Positions 51,387 through 64,000 of a stretch of DNA of 64,000 nucleotides are shown piece after piece. The translations under genes and the position numbers were made by a program. The stretch is from Geosiphon pyriformis uo1 (taxonomy: Eukaryota; Fungi; Glomeromycota). The notes under the pieces are model-generated. The model did not search any database and had not been told where the DNA came from. It saw only the letters and a program-made list of their open reading frames with translations. The first letter of the stretch is position 1, and each line of letters opens with the position of its first letter. The stretch is from NCBI GenBank assembly GCA_016748015.1, contig JAAOMT010000183.1, positions 698,787-762,786 of the forward strand, in the 5' to 3' direction.

Positions 51387-54300
51387 ATGTTTAATATGAG
51401 TTGCTGTTATCTGCAGTTTTTTTCTAAAGTATTAAGAAGGATGTAGACTTTTTATTGAAGTGTTTTTTGAAAGTTTTCTTTAGTAATTGGTTGTACTGGA
51501 TATGTTTCTACTGTAAAATTAATTGGTAATATTGCTGTTCTTCTATAGATTAAATTAAAAAGTATGTGTTTTATGGTATTTTGTTTTAGTGTTTATATGC
51601 TAATAATACTGATAGAATAAAAATATTCTATTTCTATTCAAAATTAATTTAGACTTTGGCTAATAATTTACATAATGTTCTGTTAAACTATTTTACTAAT
51701 TCTTTTGTTTGTGAATAATATAGTAAAAATAGAAATTTAATATTAAACTATTTACTAATTTCTTGTATCAAGTTGTTTACAAAGTGTGTTCCTTAATTAA
51801 ATAAGAGTTTAATTGAATATCTATATCTACAGATAATGTCTTTATAGATAAAATTTACTACTGATTTTACATCTGCTTTTTAAATGGCTCTGGCTTCTGG
51901 TTATTTGGTAAGATAGTTTATTACAACTACAATATAATAATTTTCTTGGTTTGTAATAAGTAGTGGTTTGACTAAATTAATACCAACTCTGTCAAAAGAT
52001 TGTTTAACTTTAATTGAATTTAATAGTTTTATAGAACAAATTCCTCTTTTTTTTTGACAACTATCATAAGATTTTACATATTGTCAAATATTTTTTTACA
52101 TGTGATGCCAAAAATAATGTTCAAAAGTTTTTTGAATTGTTCTATAATAGATCTGTGTACATGTTGTATAATATTGTTTTTTTTATTTTCTTGTATTAAT
52201 CTAAATAAGTTAGATAGGTTTCTGTAATTTTAATAGTAAATTTTGTTGTAGTAAATAAAACATTGTCTAAATTTGTGTTGTAATCAGTGTTTTTCAACTG
52301 GAAACCAGTTTTCTGGTATAATGAGAGTCTCTAAGTAGTTTTTAATATTGTTGTAATTTTTGGAGTCTATTGTTTTTTTTGTTAATTGTTGTTAAGTTAG
52401 TAATTTGTTGATGTTGATTTTAATTTTGCCTTATTCTAAAAAGACTATCTATATTTGTATGTAATTTGTCTGATTTGTGATACACAATATATTTGTAGTC
52501 TACTAGAAAATCAAATTATTAAAATTGTTTGGCACTAAATTCAGAGTTTTTTTTGTTAAGCCATTTAAGACTAATATTATCTGTGATAATGTCAAATTGA
52601 AATTCATTTTGGAAATATTGTTAAAAGTGTTTTAAAGCCCAAATAACAGCTGCTGCTTCTAATTTAGTGAATTTATATTTGAGTTCAATTGGTTTAAAAG
52701 TTTTACTAGTATAAACAATTACTTATTCATTGTTATTGTTATTCAATTGTGATAAAATGACACCAAAAACTATGTGTGAAGCATTGGTGGCTAGTTGAAA
52801 TCTTTTGCTAAAATCTGAATATACAAGAATTGGGGCTGTAGTAAGTTTTTTCTTGAGAATGTCAAATATTTATTGTTAAGCTTGTGTCTATTAATATTTC
52901 ATGTCTTTTTTAGTTAACTGGTTAGGTGATTTGGCAATTTTCGAAAATTCTTTGATAAATTTTTGGTAATAGAAGGCTAATCCTACAAATTTTTTTAGTT
53001 CTGTTGTGTTTTAGAGAATTTTGAAATTTTTAACAGCACTAATTGTTTTTGGATTGGGTTGGATTTCATTTTTGCTAACAATATGTTCAAAAAAAATTAA
53101 ACTTGTTTTTTCAAAATAATACTTTTCAATATTTAACTTTAATTCTGCTTTTTGTAATTATTGAAAAACTTTTTGTAGGTGAATTAAATGAGCTTTAAAT
53201 ATTGGAGAATAGACATTAGTATTGTCAAAATAAACAACAACTGATTGCCATAAGAGTTTTTTATATACAATATTCATAAGTTACTGAAATATTGCTGGTG
53301 TATTGCAAAGTCTAAAAAACATTATGTTAAACTTGTAATTTTTTTTTTAAGTAGTAAATACTGTTTTCAGGTAATTTTTGAGATCTATTTTGACTTGTTA
53401 GTATTCACTTTTCAGATTTAAAGTTGAAAAAAACTTGGCTTTTCTCAGAGTATTTAGCATGTTGTTAATTTTTAATAATAAATAAGTATTTCCAATTGTA
53501 ATATTATTCAGCTGTTAATAGTTTACACAAAATTTGATTTTGCCATTTTTCTTTTTAACAAAAATCACTGGTAAAGCCCAAAAGCTTTTTAATAATTAGA
53601 TAAAACTATTATTGAACATTTATTGAACTTTTTCTTTAATGAATTGGTGACTGGCAGATAAAACTCAGTAAACTTGTTAATGTTTTGGTAAAGAATCTTT
53701 TGTATAGATTTGATGTTGAACAATATCAGTTTTTTCCAGATTATTGTTGTTTTTTGTAAATATATCAGTATATTTAGCAATTAACTGTTTCAGTTGTTTT
53801 TGTTGTTGGAGTTTTAAGAGACCCATGTTGATTCAAGAAAGTTTTTTTTCTAAGATATGGTAGTTTTTAGTAGTAATAGTAATGTTTAGATTTGGAAGTA
53901 GAGTATGTCTCACAATTTTGATGAAATTAATGACAATTTAAAAGATTTTATCTTAAAAGATATTGCTATATATGATTTCAATTTCTAATTTGTTTAATAA
54001 AACAATGGAATAGTTGTTGGAATTATAAAATGTAACTCAAAATTTTTTTATTTCTTTTGAAATATAAACATTTGGAATTGAAATTTTATGCTTTAAACAG
54101 ATTTGTTTATTTGACTCAAAGATTTGTTGGGTGGTAATAGGCTTTGGGCAATTGTAGATTTCATGATGTTTTCCAAAAAATAAGATAGTAATTGGTTGGA
54201 AAAGTTGAAGAATTTGGTGAGATTTATTTTGTGTCTTAAGAGCTATGTCTACTAGAACTGTGAATTGTCTAATTAAACCAAAATCTTGGGTCTTTTTTTT

Positions 54301-54832
54301 ACTTTTTTCTAATTGTTCTCTGTTGTTAATTAATTGTAAACTTAAGATGTTAATTAAAAGTAAATAAATAGCTTGTGCAATTTTTTTAACATGCTTTATT
54401 TTGAATGGTTTTTTGGTTTTATTTTGTAGCATGATGATAATGTCTCTAGTGTATTTTGCATCTATAATTTTTTCTCTAACATTGATTTTTTTGTTTGCCA
54501 ATAATGATTGAGAAGCAATTTGAACTATTGCTTTTAGTGGTATTTTAAAAACAATTCTGAGATTAAGTTTTGTTAACAATTTTGGTTAAAAAACCAGAGT
54601 ATTTTTTTCTGGATATTATAAATCATATCCAGCATTCATTTTGTGAGCTTTTTCTGGCTTGATTTTTTGACCATTATTGTCGAAATATTTAAGTTGTATG
54701 GCTAGTTGATTCTTAATGAAATAGATTGAAATTGTTGTAATTTTTTCTTCTGACTTAAGTTCTGTAAACTCAATTTCCTCTTGATTATTTTTATTGAACA
54801 AAGTAATATTAAAAGCATAGCATTTTAAACAC

Positions 54833-57800
54833 TGTTACAGGTGATTATTTGGGGTGTTAATACAAATAACAAACCCATAACTTGGTGTTTAATAGTTAGT
54901 ACAGTTGGTATTATCTAAAGATTTTTATAATCTGAAGATTTTGATTAAGTTTTTTGTATAATGGACAGAAATTCAATGTTAAGATTCTGTTGTAATGTTT
55001 TTAGTTTCTTTTCCAACTTATGAGTTAATATGTATTGTTGTTTATAGCTTCCCAGAATATCTATTTTATTAATTTTTTTCTTAGCTTAATAACTGGTTTT
55101 CTGGTAAGTTATTCCTTAGTTCTAAGTGTCTATTCTTATTTCTGGGTCTTTTACCAGTTTTATTCCTGATGTTAATACTTTAGTACTTTAATTTTTAATC
55201 AATTAATAAATAAAACAAAAAAGAAATAAAAGAAAATAAAGAGATAAACCAAGACAAGAAAGAGTTAGTATCTCATTAATAGCTGTAATCAAGAGCTATT
55301 TGTCTAGTGTAGTTAAGTATTGACAATTATCAACATGAATTGTTGATAGTGAAAAGACAGATTGCAATATTAAATAAGTATTTTATTAATATTTGATGTT
55401 TTCACTTTAAGTCATAGAATATTATCATATAAAAAGATGAATTTGAAATAGAAACTAGAGATTCTAAACTAAGAATTTTTTTTTTTGCTTCTAATATTAC
55501 TACTATATATATAAATTTTATTGTATAAAATTTCTTAAATTTCTTAATTCTTTAGCCAGAAATTCTGTAATTCTTTAAGAGAGATTTTGGAATTCTGAAA
55601 TCCTGCAATTTTTCATACAGAAATTCTGTAATTCTGGAATCCTGCAATTCTTCTAAGAAGAATCCTGGAATTCCACTTTTATTATGTCTATTCTGATTGG
55701 CTAATTTATGTACTAATATATAATTCTTATATTTTATGAATAATATTATTCTCTCTTTTTAATATTAAGCTCTATTGAGATCTTCTATATTTCTTAACTT
55801 TCCATCTTTAATTAACTCTTAAACTTCTTTTTTGAAAATTACTTGGGTTATTTTGATCTGTAATTTTTCAAATTGGACATTGGTAATTTTACCCAATTGG
55901 TTAATGGTAATTGTATTCATTGCTAGATTAAGTAATATTGTTGGTCAATCTTGAAATTCTATATATAGCTAATATATGGCTTGTGTTTGTGTAAACAAAT
56001 TGTTCTTCTCCATAAATTGTTTAAGTTGTTATAGTATTGTTGTATTGAATAATTGTTTTGTTTTATCAGTGTACAAGTTTTGAATATTCAAGTTTTGTCC
56101 TAAGTAATAATAACAAAAGTTTTTTAGAAATTGTTGTATCCACTAATTTCAAGTTTTTTTTATTAATTTTTGGTAAAGTACAGCTGTTTCTGGTATTTCT
56201 ATTGACAATTTTACTTTTGTTATTATTTTGTTTATAGTGTTTTCTAGTTTTCTATGCACTTTGTATTGGGTTTTTTTATTATTATTTTTGTATCAAATAG
56301 TTTGTTGGTTAATTGTGATTTCTATGTTTTGTTGTTGAATTAGTTGGAATAGTTGTTGTGTAAATAAGTAGATATTGTTGATAATTTTTATCTTTTATTG
56401 TTGCTTTTGTTGTGTATACTGTGTTTTTATATATTATTCTGTTTAATTAATTTAACATGTTTGTATTGATAATTATAATTGGTTTTAGATCTTATGAAAT
56501 CTTATCTGGTTGGACTAATATTTATTGTACTCCCAGTTGTGGAATATTACTGGTAAATGATGATGCTGTATTGTTATATGGTTTCAATTAATCTTTATGT
56601 ATTGCTTTAGCTAAGATTTTGTTGTCTTATCTTAATTTATAAGCTCTATTTCTTAGAATTTTTTCTATATAAAATGATCTATTCTATTTGAGATCAAATT
56701 TTCTATTCTATTGTTTTTCCATTTTGGTACAATGTAAGAATACTTTGTCTCCAATTCTAAATTCAACTGGTTTATTTGATAATTGGTTATCATGTCATTT
56801 TTTTTGTTTTTTTTGTAACTTTTGAATATTATTAATTGTTTTTTGTCTTTTGTTTTTTAATTTTTCTATTAAGTTATATGTTTTTCTTAACAATGTTTCT
56901 TGAAAGTTGTCTTCTCTTATTGGTTCAGTTGAATATGTATTGACTTTTATCTTAACTGGTAATATTGCTGTTCTACTATAAACAAGTTCAAATTATGTTG
57001 CTTATGTGGTATCTTGCTTTATTGTTTGATAAGCAAATAGTACTAATAGTATAAACAGATCTTATTTATTCTGGTTTTTTTGACTAATTTTGGTGATTGC
57101 TTTACACAATATTTTGTTGAACCTTTCAACTAAACTGTTTGTTTGTGGATAATATGATAATAATAATGGTCTTTTGATTTCAAATCTTTGGCTTAATTCT
57201 GTTAATGTTCTGTTTACAAAGTAAGTTTCTTGATCTGATAACAATTTTTTTGGACATTCATATCAGCAAATCAAATTTTAATAAACAAATTTGGCTATGA
57301 ATTCTATATTTGTTTTTTGAATTGCTTTTATTTCTGGCCATTTTGTGAGATAGCTCATGACTACTACTATATAATGATTGCCTCTGCTGATTATTGTTAA
57401 TAATTTAACTAAGTCAATTCCAATTCTATTAAATAGTTGTTTCACTTTAATTGGTCTTAATGGTTCACTGGATTTTGTTTCTTCTCTTTTCTAATAAACA
57501 TCACAATTTTGAATGTATTAGATAATGTCTGAATATATTGATGACCAATAATATTTTTTTCTGGTTTTTTCTATAATTGCTTCTTTATAAAAATATCCTA
57601 TTGTTGGATTTGAATGCATTTTGTATAATATTTTTTCATTCTTTAGTTCTGTAATTACTCTGAATGATTGATCTGAATCTTTTCTGTTTTCTAATATAGT
57701 ATATTTTAGTAAATAATAAAATATTTTAATTGTTGTTTTATGTTGTTTTGTTTCTTTTGAGATAATTTTTTTTTGAACTGCTGAGTATTAGTATAGTATT

Positions 57801-60800
57801 GAAATTGTTGATATTTTTGTGTATTCATTTTTTGTTATATTTTTGAGTTGAAATGTTCTTAGATTTGTTTTATTTATAACAAACCATTAGCATTTCCGTT
57901 TTTTTTTCCTTTTTATAATATACTGTATATTTGAATAATAAAAGTTCTATTTTTTATCTGACATAATAGTCATCTCCAAATTCTTGTTTTTGAATTAATG
58001 TTAATTCTTTGTGATCAGTGTATACTTCAAACTTTTGGCTTAAATACTCTTTCCATTTGATAATTGCCTAATAGATAACTAAGTATTTTAGTGCTAGTGT
58101 TCTATAGTTCTTTTCAGCTGGACTCAAATTTCAGCTGGCATAAGCTACTAAATGTTCTTATTTATCTGGTTTTCTCTAAGATAATATGGCTTTTAATGCT
58201 TGACCAAATGCATTAGTAGTGATAATAAATGGCTTGCTGTAATCTAAATAGATTAATACTGGTGCTTGAATGAGCTTTTTTCTTAGTATATCAAAAGCTT
58301 TTTGCTGAGTTTTAGCCCATTCATATTTTACATTCTTGGTTTGGAACTGGTAAAGTAGTTGAGTTAGTTTGAAGAAATTCTTGATAAAATGATAGTAATA
58401 TCTAGCAAATCCCAAGAATGCTTGTAATTTTATTAGATTTGTTGATACTAGAAAGTTTTTTATTATTTTAATTTTATTTGGATTTGTTTTGATGCCATTT
58501 TTGCTTACAATATGTCCTAAAAATTTCAGTTCTGTTTTGCTGAAGAAGTATTTAATGGCATTTAACTTTAGCTTTGCTTATCTCAATCTTTCAAACACTT
58601 GCTGTAGATAATAAAGATAATTATCAAATGTTTTTAAGAACATATTGGTATTATTTAAATATATGACTACTGATTTCCATAGTAGTCTAGTATAAACAAT
58701 TTCCATTAGCCATTAGAATATGGCTGGAGTATTGGTTAAGCCAAATAGTATTACTTTAAATTCAAAGTTTTTCTCTCTAATAGTGAATGTGGTTTTCTTC
58801 TTATCAGCTAAATTCATGGCTACTTGCCAGTAATTACTATCTAAATCCAGTATTGAAAACCATTTCTTTTCTTCAAAAATGTTAAATAATTTCTGAATCT
58901 GTAGAATAAAATAGCTGTCTCCATGAATAACACTATTGAGTTTTTTATAATCCACACAAAAGTGGTCTTTCCATTTTTTTTGTGAGCTAGTATTACTGAT
59001 AATAACTATAAACTCATTGATAGTTGAATTAACCTATTGTTTAATATCTGGTTGATTTTTTTTCAGATGATTTTATGGCTTGCTGGTAGTACTCTGTATG
59101 TCTTTTGTTTAATTGGTATTGTATCTCCAGTTTTGATTTAATGTTGGATAATGTTAGTTCTGCTAAATTTATTTTCACTGGCAAAGATGTCAGTAAAATT
59201 GTTGAGTAGCATCTTGAGTTGCATACATTGAAATGGGTCTAAATTTTCCAAGTTTATTTGTTTTAATTGTTCTGGTTGTAGCAAATAACATTTTTTTGTT
59301 CATATATTGCTTGTGATATGATATTTATATATCTGTACAGTTGTAAAAAATTTGGAATGGTGCTTGGTAGTTGGTTTTTAACTTCAGTACTTAAGTATTT
59401 AATAGCAGTTTCTTTGAGTATTTCAATGATGTTTCCTGTTGTATTATAAATGAGAATTTTGATGTGTTTGTTATTTTTAGCCAGTATATAGAGATTGGTA
59501 ATAGCAATCTTTTTTGATTTACAAATAGTGGCTTTTATTTTGAAAATTTGAGATTGATCTCTTATTTTCTTTTCTATAACTATTAAATACTAATCATATG
59601 ATAGAATAAAAATTGATTGACTGGTAGAAATAATTTCTCCTTTATTAATTGGTTTCTCTTCCATCATATTAACTGATATGTCTATTCTATCTGTGGATCC
59701 GAATTCATTTTTTTCTTTGGCTGTGATCTTTAATTTTTTCCTTTTTTTACTAATACTAACTGAACTATTTTTATTAGAGATAGAAATATTGTCTGTACTA
59801 TCTTTTTATTTGGTTTAATAATATATTCTTTTTCCAAGTCATTTTATAGCATTGTAATAATATTTTCTATATATTCTGCATCAATTATTCCTTCTTTAAT
59901 GTTGATTTCTTTTTGCACTAGACTAGATGTTAAGGCTAATTGAATTATGATTGTTGCTGGAATTTCCAGTGCTAATTTCAAATCTATACAAATGCATAAA
60001 TGTGGTTTCAATTTGATAGCATCTTTTTTTAGATATCTCAAATCAAACTTTGCATCAGTATTATGCACTCATTCTGGCATAATCCCTTTATTTTTATCAC
60101 TAAACTATTTGAGTTTTTGCTTTATTAACAAATTTGAGAACATGATATATTGTTTGGGGTTATAATCAAAGTTTGAATTGTCATTGTTGTTGTTATAGTG
60201 AACAGAGTTAGAACCATTATTGTTGTCATATTAGAGTTTGAATCAAGATTGAATTTTGATTCCAATTCTGCTGCACATTTGCTGATTGGTTTTTCCTTTT
60301 TGGAGATCAAATAAATTATGTATAGTGGTAGATTATAAATAAAGTCACAATCATTACAATATTAGAAATTGCATAAAATTAAACAATAATTACATAAATG
60401 AATGTTGAATTATTTTAAACATTGCTCTTACTCTTGTCTGGTTGGTGCTAAATTTTAGTAATATTTGTAGAATTTTTTTGAACCAGCTTTGATGTCAAAA
60501 AAAGTGTCAGAGTTGAGAATAAAAAAAGTTTCCATTAGTTCTAGTGAATTATTCTTAATTTCTAATATTTTGCTGAGCAAAACATCTTCAACTTTGGCAC
60601 TTGCCATTCTTTAGATCTCGTTTTTATTGTGTAAATAACTGTCTAAGCATGACAAAACACAGTTTTAGATGGCATTAAAAGGCATTTCTCTACTGACTCA
60701 ATCACTTATGAGGACTATGTATTAATATAAAGTGTTACATGTTCTTTTTTAACCAGGAATGTCATTTCACATTTTTTTGTCAAGTAATTGTTCTCCACAA

Positions 60801-63800
60801 GTGAGACATAGTTTATTGTCCAACTTGTCTTGCTGTTTGGAGTAATTATAGCATTTTTTGTGGCATGGCTTATAATAGTAGTGTATACATATCTAATAAT
60901 CTTTGTCAGATGTAATTTATGTTTCTATAGAGAACAGCTTTTTTTTGCAATTCTTGCATTTGAGTGAAATGTATGATGGCTCTTTTTTTGTATCTACTAA
61001 GTATGATTTTTTCTATTCACTAGGTATTTTTTCTGTAATAGTGGTTTCTTTAGGTTTGTTTTTTATTTTTTTTCTCTTTGTTATTCTAGTTTAAGAGTAG
61101 TGGTAGCTTATTATGGTCATTTTTGGACCATAAAATTTGGTAAACTTCTCAGATAGGTTTTTTTTTCTTTGAATTTGATTAGTGATAGTGGTTGAGTAAC
61201 ATTTGTTCTAAAATGGCCACAGATAGCAGGTACCTAAATTTGCTGATTATTTTGACTGAGCTGGAGCTCTTATGTGGTTTAGTTGAGAATAGTGTTGGTC
61301 TTGGACAGCCAGTTATTACCAACTAATGCTTAGTATTATGTGGCTTTCATGATAAAAATCTTTATGAATATGATAATGCTGTTAACTTCAAACAAAAAGT
61401 TATTAATCTTATTAATAAGAGTTTTAGTCACTCTATTAACTGTAATAATTTTGGCACTGGCAGCATAATTAACTTAGTAATTTAATTGGTTTATGAGTTG
61501 TCATATGATGATACTGCCAGCTAATCTACTGTTCAAGATCAGTTTGATGGATTAACTATTAATTTTGGTATCAGTGTATATTGCAGTGATGAGTTTTGAT
61601 TTAAGAATAGCTCTACTGAATAAGTGTGTTTTGTTTGTTTTCTCAAGTTTAAAAAAAAAGATAGCAGTAAGTGATTTATTTTTGGTGATTGTGGCTAATA
61701 GAATATTGTTGACAAATAATTAAGTGTGATTGGATTCTAATGAATTGGGTGTTGTAGTTTCTGAAGATATCAAGAGACTTAAATAATATTGGGTAGTTGG
61801 ATTTTAAACATAGCTAGTTCCCAAATTTTGTTGTTGAAATTCAGATGGCTGGACAATTGAACTGGGGATTGGTTGGTGCATTACTATTGCTGATTGCCAA
61901 TTCTGACAAATCTTAGTTCTCAGTCTTTGACTTCTGTTTTGAGATAGATTCTGGAGTTGATTCTGATTTGGTTGGGACTGATAAATAATTTGTGGCTGGG
62001 GTGATTAATAAATTACTGGTGCTGGTGTTTAATAGATTGGGATTTGATAAATTAACTACATCACTGGAATGTAATAAGGTTAATATTGGTATTGTCCTGA
62101 TAATTGATTACTGGCATAGTTCAGGTTTAAAATTTGTAATTAGAATTTCAATATTGATTTTTCAATTGTGGATTATTTTCTTTAAAATGGCAATCTATTT
62201 TTAGATGGCTTTGTCTACCACAGTAGTAACAATTTCACATTTCTATTTGTCATGGTTGATTTAATAATGATAACAAATGTGCTTGTTGCTGAATGCAATT
62301 GGAATTTCTTGGGTTTTTGTGGTATTATAAAGATTAATATATTGTTTGATTGTTAGTTAAATATTCTTCCAATTTCTGATTGATTGAATCACTAAATTGT
62401 TTTAATTTAGAATCCAATTCAGATGATTTATTTATTACTAGATTAATAGCTTAAGTATGGTTGGCTTTTAGTTTAGCTGATTCAAAGTCTTTGGTATAAG
62501 TAACTGTAGCTTGAAGAGTAGCTAGATGTAATAGGCATATGTGTTGTAAAATGCTACTGCATAATCTGTGAATAAACAGATTTAAGATTTGTGTCACTGT
62601 AAAATAATCAGCATTAATGGCTTGGATTTGATGCAAATTGTAATAAAAGCATCCTAGGTAAGTAGTAACTGCTTTAGTATTCCCTTGTTTGATAATTGTA
62701 AAAGTATTTGCTAAGCAATTAATGCTATTATTATTATTAAAATATCTCAAAAATTTAACTTTGAATGCATTAAAGTCTTGAGGTTTCTGGATCAAGCTTT
62801 AATATTATGAATTGGTAGTATTTTGAAGAAAATATGAAATTGTCTATAATGCTCTGGCATCATCCCATCCATTGGCTGTGATGGCTTTTTTTATATTGTT
62901 AAGCTATACTTGGACATCATTTTTCTTGCCAGTAAATTTCTCAAGTTTTACAATTAAAGCATAGACCATTAATGCTAGTAGTAGTTGTTGTTGTTGTTAT
63001 GATTGTGGTTATTGTTGAAGTTGTTGCTAAAATGGTGGTTGTGGCTGTTGTTGTTGCTGTTTAGTAATTGGTACAACTGGTAATGAATCAATTACAATTA
63101 CTGGAGGTAAGTTTGAGGAACAATAAAAGTAGGGTTTGGATTGTTTTGATTTTGCTAAGTTAGAACAATCAGGTTTTGAATTTCTGCATTTTCTAAGATT
63201 GATTTTTGATAAGTAAATTTCTGATTTTTGTTTTTCTCTTTTTCTAAGTTGGTTATTTCCTAAGGACTAGCAGCTCCAAAATTAAGTTAAGATAGCAATG
63301 ATCAAAATCTTAATGGTATTGGTAATTATAATTTGAATCTTTTAAAGTAATTGCCATAAGTTCTTAATAAATTGGCTTTTTCTTAATTGCTTTAGAACAT
63401 TATTCTTGTTGATAGTGTTTTTACAGTTAATGTGGACATGTCTGCTAATGTTATGTTAATAATACTTCCTGGTATATGATAATATAATAGGTGAATAAAG
63501 GAAACTATTTTTGGCTTCTTTCAAGTAGATGGTTGTATCTTTTTTAGTGTTTTTATTAGTGTTTGTAGTTTTTCTTAATCTACAAAGGTAATAAAAAATT
63601 TTTGTTGTGCATAATTTCTAATTTCTTTATTTATTTCTGAAATTGTTAGTACAAACAAATAGTTTAAAGACAATATGGTGCTTTGGAATAATTTACTATT
63701 GAAGTTGTTGAGAGCAGTTTTTAAATCTTCTTTGGCTCTTAAGTATAATTTGATTTTTTTGTTGTTATGGAAGTGTTTTTTTGGTATATTTTAATTGTTG

Positions 63801-64000
63801 ATATCCTGTTTTAATTGCAATCAGTTTCTCTATTTTATGTGTTGGATATTAATGATAATGTACTGAAGGTTTTCTCTTGATGTTGTAATGTAAGTCTTCT
63901 TTTTAATTCTAGTTGTTTTTGTATATTGTGTACTCCTTCCCAAAGGCTAATCTGAAATCTACCTGCTGTTTGAGGTCTTTTCTAAGGCTATCCTTACAAT
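54833..64000 (-). mobile_element. Decayed F-family gypsy copy G (3' LTR 54833-55745, ORF3, IN, RH, RT, dUTPase ~59690-60070, PR, gag); 5' end outside window
   Basis: Minus-strand ORFs at 57062, 58176, 58713, 59844 (DAKFDL..GIIDAEY) and 62451 match F. Confidence 0.92.

Larger units (their letters stand above)
38199..54832 (-). mobile_element. Decayed A-family gypsy copy C (3' LTR 38199-39119, ORF3, IN, RH, RT, dUTPase), split by F and a solo LTR, and cut by G
   Basis: Segments 38199-39916, 49935-50397 and 51387-54832 rejoin colinearly with copy A; dUTPase in ORFs 54037-54579 and 54616-54801 (NAGYDL). Confidence 0.9.

Overview
This is AT-rich eukaryotic DNA with short GT-AG introns. It is probably fungal, and its repeat families resemble those of Glomeromycotina such as Geosiphon (inference). 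About 90% of the window is nested retrotransposons. Ty3/gypsy content: two full-length elements (D 14657-22116 and F 39917-49934, each with two LTRs, a PBS and a 4-bp TSD), four partial or interrupted copies (A, B, C, G), and solo or remnant LTRs. Non-LTR content: one full-length LINE (APE-RT-RNaseH, 22169-28926) and several LINE derivatives. The only host gene is a 4-exon, ~511-aa protein with a chromodomain and a putative SPOC domain (30109-31859). It lies in a CpG-retaining island with a hAT-like MITE upstream. The most unusual signal is the gypsy architecture: gag-PR-(Cys-rich)-dUTPase-RT-RH ends in a stop seen in five copies, integrase appears to be a separate ORF, and a conserved non-Env ORF3 and a nucleotide-conserved motif precede the PPT. 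The PBS resembles elongator tRNA-Met. TE copies are inactivated mainly by C>T/G>A transitions. Letters A-G are my own labels; all alignments were made by eye.
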